From a bacterium (GTDB lineage: Bacteria; Krumholzibacteriota; Krumholzibacteriia; G020349025), in contig JANLSU010000008.1 of NCBI GenBank assembly GCA_031362565.1, positions 1 through 19,427 of the forward strand: a DNA stretch of 19,427 bases. Reading direction: 5' to 3'. A model generated the notes under the pieces. That model was not told where the DNA came from, searched no databases, and worked only from the letters and a program-made list of their open reading frames with translations. Position numbers and translations under genes: made by a program. This document shows, piece after piece, positions 10,026 to 17,802 of this stretch. Position 1 is the first letter of the stretch, and every line of letters starts with the position of its first letter.

Positions 10026-12011
10026 TCAACGCGTGAACCTTGCCGCGAGCTTGATCGCACGGCCGCGGCCGCTCTTGATGAAGCGGAAGAGTGCGCGCAG
10101 CCAAGGAGAATGTCGCGGCGCATCGGATTCCGGAGCGACACCGATGAGTTGGACCGTGTTGGCGTCGAGATAACGAGCCCGCGCGACTTCGATCACGCGG
10201 CCGAGGATCTGACTATGCGAATACCCAGCGCGCGCGCCGGCCTTCGCGAACGATCCGCTCTCGTCGAGGATTCCGACGGTGTTGATCTCGATGACATAGG
10301 CCTGACCCAGCTCCGAAATTCGAAAATCGATGCGCGCGTAGTCGCGGCAGCCGCATGTCCGAAAGGTGGTCCGAGCGTAGGCACGGATCCGCTCGGCCAA
10401 CGCTGCATCGATCCGCGCCGGGCACGTCTTCTTGTTGGCCGTGCGGTCGAATTCCACGAGGGGCAGGCACTCGATGGGATCGTTACCGAGCAAGGCCACC
10501 ATGACCTGCCGCCCGGCAATGTACTCCTCCACGAGGACCTCCTGCCGGTACTTCCGCTTCACTGTCTTGACCGTGTCCTTGAGCTGCTGTGGGTCGCGGA
10601 CGATGTGCGAACCGTACCGCCATTCATGGCGTGGCTTGACGATCAACGGAAACTCGAGTCCTTCGATTTCATCGCGCGAACGTGCCATGAGATGGAACCC
10701 TGGCGTCGGAACTCCCGCTTGCTGGAGAAGCGTCTTGGCAACGACCTTGTCGGAAATGACTGCGTGGCCGTTCGGAGTCGGTCCGGCGTAAGCAATGCCC
10801 GCCATTTCGAGCATTGCAGGCACGTGGGTGTAGCGGCCGTTGCCCTGAATACCGTGCGCGAGGTTGAGAACGATTCCGCCGGGGTGGCCGGTCCGGGGGT
10901 TGGGCGGCACGAATTGGTTCAACTCGTTCAGAAGCGACATATCGCCTTCGAGGACCTTGACCGTGTGCCCGCCCGCCCGCAGGCTGTTGACGATTCTCTG
11001 CACCGAATGGCGCGCCAACCGGGCCGGCGTCGGTTGCCCGAGACGGGCGATCGTGCCGGTACCCATGGAATTGCGGACGACCGCGACGCGGTACGCGCCC
11101 TTGTTCGAGAGCAGCTCGGGAAGCGCCATGCCGGCCATCTTCGAGTCCCAATCCTGGAACAGCTGGAAATCCATGAATTCCGCGATGAGGACGATTGCGA
11201 CGAGTTGCGTCAGAAGAATCTCGGGGAACTGCAGGGCGGTTTCGAGGACCGCCGGCACCTTGGTCAGCAGGACCATCAGGACAGCCAGGATGATCGTTGT
11301 GGCCGCACGCCATGAGGCGGAGAGCAGGCTATCTTTATTCAATGTGTTGACGATGCCCTCGGCGAGCATTCCCAGGACGATAACTGGGAAATACGCCACG
11401 CCCCAGAGGACCTCCGACCGGACCCAAGGCCCGGCCAGGAGGGCCGTCACCATGGTGATTGCGACGATGGACAGAATGACCGAGACCCGCGCGTAGTACG
11501 GCAGTCGGAACTTCTTGAGCCACGGCCGCACGAGTGACACCGTGACGACCACGACCGCGATCAAGAAGAGGCTCGGAAGAATGCCAACTTGGTGGAAACC
11601 GACGGCGACCAAGATCGACCGAAAGCCGAGCACGCGAATCCCGCACGTCAGTCGAGCGAGCACGATCAGCATTGCATAGGAAGGGACGAGCAGCAAATAC
11701 AAGATGTGCGATCGCTGCCCAGCGGGAACCGAAGCGAGCGAGAACGTTTCGTTGAGCGCACCGCCGAGCCTGCGAAGCGCGTCGAGACCGGGCATATTCC
11801 ACCCGAGGCTCTCGATGCCGGGAAGTGCAGTGGCCCGGATGATCATGGTGACGAACGGGAGCGCACCAAGAACGAGCAACCATCGCAGCGTTCGGCGCGG
11901 GATGTGACCCTTGGGGCGCAGTCGAAATCTCGACGCCTTCGGATTCGGCCGGGGCGCGGCGGCGACCGGGGGAGTGTCGCGGACGCGCAAGTTCTCGATG
12001 CGCGCGCTCAC
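10026..12011 (-). CDS. fusion of a 7TM domain (7TM_transglut-like) and a D-Ala-D-Ala-ligase-like ATP-grasp domain
   Basis: Membrane part (~11150-11890): FSLASVP..Q..ILYLLLVP...LARLTCGIRVLG, YARVSVILSIV, YFPVIVLGMLAE, FPEILL. ATP-grasp part (~10170-11100): VLNLAHG, VPAMLEMAGIAY, DKVVAK...GVPTP, FPLIVKP, VLVEEYIAGR, CPA, RDYARIDFR, VIEINT. GTGA overlap with the upstream HlyD gene. Confidence 0.85.
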   Translation of the reverse strand: MSARIENLRVRDTPPVAAAPRPNPKASRFRLRPKGHIPRRTLRWLLVLGALPFVTMIIRATALPGIESLGWNMPGLDALRRLGGALNETFSLASVPAGQRSHILYLLLVPSYAMLIVLARLTCGIRVLGFRSILVAVGFHQVGILPSLFLIAVVVVTVSLVRPWLKKFRLPYYARVSVILSIVAITMVTALLAGPWVRSEVLWGVAYFPVIVLGMLAEGIVNTLNKDSLLSASWRAATTIILAVLMVLLTKVPAVLETALQFPEILLTQLVAIVLIAEFMDFQLFQDWDSKMAGMALPELLSNKGAYRVAVVRNSMGTGTIARLGQPTPARLARHSVQRIVNSLRAGGHTVKVLEGDMSLLNELNQFVPPNPRTGHPGGIVLNLAHGIQGNGRYTHVPAMLEMAGIAYAGPTPNGHAVISDKVVAKTLLQQAGVPTPGFHLMARSRDEIEGLEFPLIVKPRHEWRYGSHIVRDPQQLKDTVKTVKRKYRQEVLVEEYIAGRQVMVALLGNDPIECLPLVEFDRTANKKTCPARIDAALAERIRAYARTTFRTCGCRDYARIDFRISELGQAYVIEINTVGILDESGSFAKAGARAGYSHSQILGRVIEVARARYLDANTVQLIGVAPESDAPRHSPWLRALFRFIKSGRGRAIKLAARFTR

Positions 12012-13165
12012 TTCTTCCGAATCCCGACCACAGCCGAGAGCCCCGGAAACAGACCCTGCAGATCTTCGAGCCGGATCCGGACACAGACCACCGGTGCGGA
12101 TCGCATCCGCTCGCTGCGCGGTTGGGGGACGGACGACTCCGGGAGCTCGTAGTCGGTCGAAACGCCGATCGTCTCCACGACGCCGGCGAAGATCCGGCCG
12201 GGGAACGGTTTGACCGTGACTCGCGCCGCGCTTCCAACCTCCATGTTCGCCAAGTCGTTTTCATTGATCCACGCCTCCACCCACAACCGCTTACCGAGCC
12301 AAAGGGAGGCAACCGGTTGTCCGAGCGTGACGGAGCCGCCGGGTTCGGCGATCCGGCGGATGACCCAGCCATCCTCCGGGGCGCGAATCAGAGTGGCCCG
12401 GAGGTCGGCTTCGGCGAGTTGGAGCTCGGCGCGGTAGGCGGCGATTTCGGCCTCGAGAACGACGATGTGCTGCTCGCGAATCGACAGTCCTTGCGACTCC
12501 ACTTCAGCCAACTCGTGCGCTGCTTCGGCAGCTCGTTGGTCCGCCTTGGCTGTCGCACCCTCGGCATTGGCGCTGCGGCGGTTCGTATCGGCGCTTCGCA
12601 ACTCCTCCGAAGGAACGACCCCGGCCTTCGTGAGCGTTTGTGCCAGGGTGTATCGTTCGCCGGCATCTTGAACGTGAGTTTGAGCGGCGTCGGCTTGGGC
12701 CTTGGCCGCCGCGACGCGGGCAGATGCCTCCGAGACCAGGCTCGAAAAGCGCCGCCCTTCGTGCGCGATCGACAGGCGCTCGACCTCGAGCGCCAGAGTC
12801 GCCCGCTGGACCTGAGATTTAGCTTGTTCGACTCGGGCCTTCAATTGATCGTCCTGGAGGCGGACGAGAACTTGCCCGGCTTTGACTTGTTGCCCCGCAT
12901 CGACCTCGACCGCGGTTACGACCCCGCTGAGCTGAACGCCCACGTCGGCGACGTAACCCTTTACGATCGCGTTGTTCGACACCACGTAGCCGGCGCGAAA
13001 GCGCGCCCACAAGGCAACGGGCACGACGACCGCCACAATCGCGCCCCCGATGACCACCCGCAGCGCGATCCGCCGCCTCCGGCGCGACCAGCGCCGCTTG
13101 GGAACCGGTTGGGGCTCTGAAGTCGGGATGGTCTTGAGCCTCGAGCGGCGCGCGGTATCACTCAT
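12008..13165 (-). CDS. HlyD/EmrA-family membrane fusion (periplasmic adaptor) protein
   Basis: Basic N-terminus plus one TM helix (IALRVVIGGAIVAVVVPVALWA); lipoyl halves SGVVTAVEVDAGQQVKAGQVLVRL and IRAPEDGWV; long coiled coil; WVEAWINE, GLFPGLSAVV. Confidence 0.93.
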   Translation of the reverse strand: MSDTARRSRLKTIPTSEPQPVPKRRWSRRRRRIALRVVIGGAIVAVVVPVALWARFRAGYVVSNNAIVKGYVADVGVQLSGVVTAVEVDAGQQVKAGQVLVRLQDDQLKARVEQAKSQVQRATLALEVERLSIAHEGRRFSSLVSEASARVAAAKAQADAAQTHVQDAGERYTLAQTLTKAGVVPSEELRSADTNRRSANAEGATAKADQRAAEAAHELAEVESQGLSIREQHIVVLEAEIAAYRAELQLAEADLRATLIRAPEDGWVIRRIAEPGGSVTLGQPVASLWLGKRLWVEAWINENDLANMEVGSAARVTVKPFPGRIFAGVVETIGVSTDYELPESSVPQPRSERMRSAPVVCVRIRLEDLQGLFPGLSAVVGIRKK

Positions 13166-14073
13166 CGCTTACCTCCATCCTGGAATAGCGCTTTGAACAC
13201 CCGGTCACCGAGCTGTCCATCTTCCATGAATTGGCGGAACGAGTGGGCGATTCCGGGGACGTGCTCGAACGTGATCTGCGGCTCGATGTGCAATGCGTTG
13301 GCCGTGTTCCGCATCGCCACAGTCCAGTTTCGCGCCCGATCGAGACGCGTCACACCTTGCTGCCGATCGACCTGCGCATTCCGCCGCATGTTTCGGCTCG
13401 TCGTGTCCGCCTCGCCGACGAATACGGCAATCGGCACTTGCAGGAATCGGGACGGGTCGAATGTCACACCCGAGAGCCCTTTGGGACGCGTGCCGTACGG
13501 ATAGTCCGTTCCCGGATCCGGGAACGTGTACCAACCGGCCGACGTGACGGCCGCGCGTGCGACGCGCTCCGGATGTGCCATTGTGTACCGGTGCGCGAAT
13601 TGCGCGCCGCCGGAGAATCCAAACAGGTAGATTTTGGTCGCAGCTGCACCGGTCAGGGACGCGACTTCCTCGACGATCGATTCGAGCCCGTCGTCCGAGC
13701 GCCGTCCGTGCTTGGCGCGGCCGAGCCGTTGAAAGTCATCGAAGTCTCCCGCCGGGAAGAACGGCGCCAGGAGAACCACGCCGGATGTTTCGGCATATGG
13801 AGATAACAGGCGCGCATGCTCCTCCGCGTTCCGGGACGTCCCGTGAACGGCAACGAAGATGCGTGCACCTTGGCCGCCGTGCCGAGGAACGTAGACGTAG
13901 TAGTGTTGTCCGGAGTCCGCGCGCACGGAGCGCAGCAGGACCTGGCCCACGGGGAGGGTAGCGACGGCAGCGGTATCCGCCGGTGAAGACACCGTCGAAT
14001 TCGCCGCCGCCCAGGTCACCGGTGCGAAGCCGAGAGCGCAACACGCGAGTCTGATCGAGATCTTCCAGAACAC
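13162..14073 (-). CDS. alpha/beta hydrolase (esterase/PHB-depolymerase-like), probably exported
   Basis: YYVYVP, VAVHGTSRN, GFSGGAQFAHRY (Ser), VGEAD (Asp), GIAHSF (His). Start uncertain: GTG 14073 (AGGTG upstream) gives a signal-peptide-like N-terminus; ATG 14175 is an alternative. ATGA overlap with HlyD. Confidence 0.82.
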   Translation of the reverse strand: MFWKISIRLACCALGFAPVTWAAANSTVSSPADTAAVATLPVGQVLLRSVRADSGQHYYVYVPRHGGQGARIFVAVHGTSRNAEEHARLLSPYAETSGVVLLAPFFPAGDFDDFQRLGRAKHGRRSDDGLESIVEEVASLTGAAATKIYLFGFSGGAQFAHRYTMAHPERVARAAVTSAGWYTFPDPGTDYPYGTRPKGLSGVTFDPSRFLQVPIAVFVGEADTTSRNMRRNAQVDRQQGVTRLDRARNWTVAMRNTANALHIEPQITFEHVPGIAHSFRQFMEDGQLGDRVFKALFQDGGKR

Positions 14074-14161
14074 GCGGACGCACCTGCCGGTCGACCGACG
14101 TGCCGCCGCAGATGCCTGGGTCCGGGGATCCGTGTGCGGCCGGGGGAGCAGGACCACGAGA

Positions 14162-15031
14162 CTACGGATTACCATTGCCACCATTCGGAGCCGGAGCGCT
14201 CGGCCCGCCAAATAGCGCTTCGAAGGCCCGGCCACCGAGTTGATGATCCGCTGCAAGGCTCTTGAAAGAGTGGCTACCGCCGTCGATTTCCCGGAGGGAG
14301 ACGAGCGGATGGAAGCGATAGGCGTCCGCCGCGGCGCGCATCGACGCAACCCAATTTCGGGCTCTCTCGACTCGGGTTACGCCCTGGGCGTCCGCCCGTT
14401 TGGTTCGGCGCATGCCCGCCGTGGTCGTATCCTCGGAACCCACGAAGACCGTGGTCGGAACACGCAGGAACTCTTCAGGGTCGAACCGCACGCCGCGCAG
14501 GCGCGAAGTCGGCCGGATCCCGTACGGGAATCGGTCGCGAGCGTTCGGAAACGTATACCAACCAGCCGAGACGATGACAGCCCGCGCGACCCGCGACGGG
14601 TACGCCATCAGGTAGCGGTGCGCGAATTGAGCGCCACCGGAGTGCCCAAACAAGTGGATCTGTTGTGTCACCACGCCCGTCAACCACATGACTTCTTCGA
14701 TGATCGCGTTGAGCGCGAGGTCGGAACGGGCACCCCGCCCCTGGAATCCGAGCCGTTGGTAGTCGGGATGCTGTTCCTTCGCGAAGTGCGGAGCGACGAG
14801 GACGACGCCGAGCGCCTCTGCATACGGCGCGAAGCGCTTGACGAGGTCACGAGGATTCCGCGAAATCCCGTGTACGAGCACACACAGTGGCGCATCGCGG
14901 CTATCCAATCGCGGAACATACACCAGGTACTCTTGCGCTGGATCGGTGCGAAGCACGCGGCGCAATACCGTTTGCTTCGCCAGCGGCCCACCGACCTTCG
15001 GCGTCGGCTGACCAATTCGTGCCGTTTCCAT
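14162..15031 (-). CDS. alpha/beta hydrolase, paralog of the downstream gene, probably cytoplasmic
   Basis: YLVYVP, VLVHGISRN, GHSGGAQFAHRY, VGSED, GGSHSF. ATG 15031 follows AAGGGGAG; alternative GTG 15046 overlaps the upstream stop (GTGA). Confidence 0.87.
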   Translation of the reverse strand: METARIGQPTPKVGGPLAKQTVLRRVLRTDPAQEYLVYVPRLDSRDAPLCVLVHGISRNPRDLVKRFAPYAEALGVVLVAPHFAKEQHPDYQRLGFQGRGARSDLALNAIIEEVMWLTGVVTQQIHLFGHSGGAQFAHRYLMAYPSRVARAVIVSAGWYTFPNARDRFPYGIRPTSRLRGVRFDPEEFLRVPTTVFVGSEDTTTAGMRRTKRADAQGVTRVERARNWVASMRAAADAYRFHPLVSLREIDGGSHSFKSLAADHQLGGRAFEALFGGPSAPAPNGGNGNP

Positions 15032-15042
15032 GGACTCCCCTT

Positions 15043-16284
15043 TCACGACCGCGGTTCGCTCCCGTTGACGATCGCACCGTCGCTCGCTCGACTGGGATAC
15101 GAAGCGTGCGAGGACCCTGGCGAGTCGCCGTTACTGTTGTTCCCTTCATGTCGCCCTGACGGAACGATGTTGTCGTCGACGGCCGCACCCTGCGTCTGGT
15201 TTAGGATCTTCATCGCGATGCCCGCTCGCGAAAGATCCTCGCGATTGTATGCCGGTAGTCCGGTCGCCCGCCGTGCCTCTTCGGATTGCAATGGTGATGC
15301 GGTCAGCACTCCTCCGAATGCGACAACGGGCAGGCCCGCGTCACGCAGGAAGTGGTAACCCGCCACGGCGCCCATTGCGTCGCCGGCGGTGAACAGAAGA
15401 ACGCTCACGGCGGCCTTGAAAACCGGGGACGAAAGCAAGGCGGCCGTCTCCTGTTGCAGCACGCCGTCGGCGACCTCGAGCACGATCGCGTCAACGCTGG
15501 CCTTGGTCAGGTAGGCGATGAGCATTTTGAACGTCGACTCGATTTGGCTCTGCGGCACCAAATACGTCGACACCAGGCCGGCATCGGTGAAATCGAGAAC
15601 CGGATAGGCGCCGGCATCGCGTAGGAGCCACGTGTCGCCGCCCGCCCCAGTGCCCGTAACTTTCGCGTAGCCAACGCGGAGCCCGGCGCGGGTCAACCCT
15701 TTAGTCAGGTAGGCAGCGGTCTGGGTCTTCCCCGAGTCCATGCCGGTTCCGACCACGGCGACGGTCGCCGGGTACGCCCCTGTTTGCTGGTCGGGGACTT
15801 GAAGAGCGTAGTCACGGATATTGACCGGTGTGCCAGCTGTGTCCGCGAGCAACCCGATCGGTGTGATCTGAGTTGGTCCCTTGGTGATCTTCGCATGCCA
15901 CGACCGCGCCTTGGCGGCAACTCCGCCGCTCGCGACGAGATGACACGGGCCGAGCGTTTCCGGAACGATCGCCTCGAATTGATTCGCAGCGTAGCGGTTC
16001 CCATAGACCACGACGATCTCGTCGCCTTCGAAGAGGTGTACACGTCGACCGTCCGCGAGTTGCAGACCGGTGTGATTCCGGATCACGTCAACGCGCGCCA
16101 GGAGCAATTGTCCGGCTTCAGGCTTACTTGCTTCCTTGATGATCGAGAAGATCGCGCTGTGCGGCACTCTGCGTGTCGTGTGCGCCCAGGCTGCACGGCG
16201 GAGCCGGGTCATTTCCGACCGCAGGCCACGACCGGTGTGCAGGTCACTTGTCGCGCGCTGCTCAGTGGATCCGGGATCCAACAT
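15043..16284 (-). CDS. DUF1611-like P-loop NTPase (BioD/SIMIBI-like)
   Basis: GNRYAANQFEA, LVASGGVA N-terminal region; P-loop VVGTGMDSGKT; AKVTGTGAGGD, DFTDAGLVSTY, VLEVADGVLQQET. ATG 16284 follows GAGGGAGGG; alternative ATG 16212. Confidence 0.82.
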   Translation of the reverse strand: MLDPGSTEQRATSDLHTGRGLRSEMTRLRRAAWAHTTRRVPHSAIFSIIKEASKPEAGQLLLARVDVIRNHTGLQLADGRRVHLFEGDEIVVVYGNRYAANQFEAIVPETLGPCHLVASGGVAAKARSWHAKITKGPTQITPIGLLADTAGTPVNIRDYALQVPDQQTGAYPATVAVVGTGMDSGKTQTAAYLTKGLTRAGLRVGYAKVTGTGAGGDTWLLRDAGAYPVLDFTDAGLVSTYLVPQSQIESTFKMLIAYLTKASVDAIVLEVADGVLQQETAALLSSPVFKAAVSVLLFTAGDAMGAVAGYHFLRDAGLPVVAFGGVLTASPLQSEEARRATGLPAYNREDLSRAGIAMKILNQTQGAAVDDNIVPSGRHEGNNSNGDSPGSSHASYPSRASDGAIVNGSEPRS

Positions 16285-16377
16285 CCGAAACCGCCCTCCC
16301 TCGGGACGTCGCTCGCCCGCAGTTCCGCTCCGGGTTGCGCGACAGTGGTGTTGCAACGAACAACGCGCGACAGGAAT

Positions 16378-16487
16378 TGCCAACAGCGCGCCGTGTGCAC
16401 CTTCGGGTTGACCCCCGACCAAAGGGCCCATGAAGAATAGCTATACCATCGTTAAGAATGGGTAATCGCTCAACAAACAACGCGTTA
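16378..16487 (-). promoter_or_regulatory. AT-rich promoter region of the DUF1611 operon with sigma54-like and IHF-like elements
   Basis: Minus strand CGGCGCGCTGTTGGCA (16393-16378; GG-N10-GC) and TGGTATAGCTATTCTT (16448-16433; lacks the -12 GC). Plus strand AAACAACGCGTTA (16475-16487) is one mismatch from the IHF consensus WATCAA-N4-TTR. Confidence 0.3.
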
Positions 16488-16638
16488 CAGGCGTTTCTCG
16501 ATTGGGTGGTTGAACCCATTTTTGCCGACGCAGCGGTGCAATGAGCGCCGCCCTTCGGCCACGCCGGCGGCGTCCCGGCCGACGCCCGGCCACGGTCCAA
16601 GAGCCGTGCGGCGCATTCTGTTGAAGGTGGTTGGCGTT

Positions 16639-17556
16639 TCAGGTTTCCCAAATCGCGGTCTCGAACCGGCCACTCGAATCGGCAGCGCCGCGGTACATGC
16701 CGGCACTGTTGAAGACGAGAGCGATCTCGCCGCTCTTCGAAACCGCGATGAGCCCGCCGTCGCCGGGCTGAAGCTTGCCGTCGATCACTCCGTGCGCCGC
16801 GTCCGCGAGCGGCATGGCCCGATACTCGACGAGGGCCGCGACATCGCGGGCCACAGTATTCCGGATGAACTGTTCGCCCCGGCCGGTGCACGAAACCGCG
16901 CAGTTGCGGTCGTTCGCGTAAGTTCCCGCGCCAATGATCGGCGAGTCGCCGACCCGGCCCCAACGTTTGTTGGTCACGCCCCCGGTGGACGTGGCGGCGG
17001 CGAGATGTCCGTGCGTGTCGAGCGCCACGCAGCCGACGGTTCCGAGTTCCTCCGCGAGTAACGTTCTTTGCCATTTATTTCGGCGCCGGCGTGTGTCGAA
17101 CCAACGGTTGTCGACAACCGGCACGCCCTGGGACCGGGCAAAAGAGTGGGCGCCGGGACCGGCAAGGAACACATGAGTCGATTTCTCCATCACCAGGCGC
17201 GCCAGGCTAATTGGATTCCGCACGGTTCGTACGCCTGCCACGGCGCCGCACTCGAGCGTCGCGCCGTTCATGATCGCGGCATCCAGCTCGTGCTTTCCGC
17301 TGTGCGTGTAGACGGCACCTTTGCCCGCGTTGAACAGCTTGTCGTCTTCGAGGGCCCGGACTACGGCTTCGACGGCGTCGAGGCTCGTGCCGCGTTTCGC
17401 GAGAATCGTGCGGCCCAGTTCAAGCGCGCGTTGGAGCGACGTTCGGTACGCGTCCGCCCGCGTCGGTTTCATGTCCTTGGAAATGTGCCCGGCGCCGCCA
17501 TGCAAGGCGAGCGCCCAGAGCGGGCGCGGCACGCCGCGTGCGGATTTCGGAACCAC
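16639..17556 (-). CDS. iaaA: isoaspartyl peptidase / plant-type L-asparaginase (Ntn hydrolase)
   Basis: LALHGGAG, LEDDKLFNAGKGAV, ELDAAIM, autocleavage site G-TVGCVALD, ATSTGG, RVGDSPIIGAG, SCTGRGE. GTG 17556 follows GGAGG; the longer N-terminus in the ORF track is spurious. Confidence 0.93.
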   Translation of the reverse strand: MVPKSARGVPRPLWALALHGGAGHISKDMKPTRADAYRTSLQRALELGRTILAKRGTSLDAVEAVVRALEDDKLFNAGKGAVYTHSGKHELDAAIMNGATLECGAVAGVRTVRNPISLARLVMEKSTHVFLAGPGAHSFARSQGVPVVDNRWFDTRRRRNKWQRTLLAEELGTVGCVALDTHGHLAAATSTGGVTNKRWGRVGDSPIIGAGTYANDRNCAVSCTGRGEQFIRNTVARDVAALVEYRAMPLADAAHGVIDGKLQPGDGGLIAVSKSGEIALVFNSAGMYRGAADSSGRFETAIWET

Positions 17557-17589
17557 TGCAGCCTCCGAAAGACGTCGACCAACGAGCGT

Positions 17590-17598
17590 ACCATAGCA
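17590..17598 (-). promoter_or_regulatory. putative extended -10 element for iaaA
   Basis: TGCTATGGT (TG-n-TAnnnT) about 34 nt upstream of the GTG start; no convincing -35. Confidence 0.25.
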
Positions 17599-17802
17599 GA
17601 GGAGGCGGGCGATGACTCGAGGGTGTGCGGCATCATCATTGGCTGACGCCGTGCTGACCTGCACCAATGCGCCATGGCACACGAAGCCTGGCCGCGAGGC
17701 TACCGAGGCAGTGTTTCGAGCAAGTCCAGCAACGGCCAGAACTCTGTCGCGCCGCGGTTGAGCCGGCGCGGACCGAGAAAGATCGCAATCCGGCGCAGGG
17801 GT

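Noticed and set aside
10170..11100. ddl or van-type glycopeptide resistance ligase
   Set aside because: GSS loop and omega loop are missing, it is fused to a membrane domain, and no vanH/vanX/mur genes are adjacent.
16440..16540. c-di-GMP-I riboswitch (GGCAAA...GAAA on the minus strand)
   Set aside because: The required stem pairing and downstream GACGCAAAG element are absent.
16563..16590. GC hairpin (GGCGTC-N6-GACGCC) downstream of iaaA as an intrinsic terminator
   Set aside because: No adjacent U-tract; such hairpins arise easily at this GC content.
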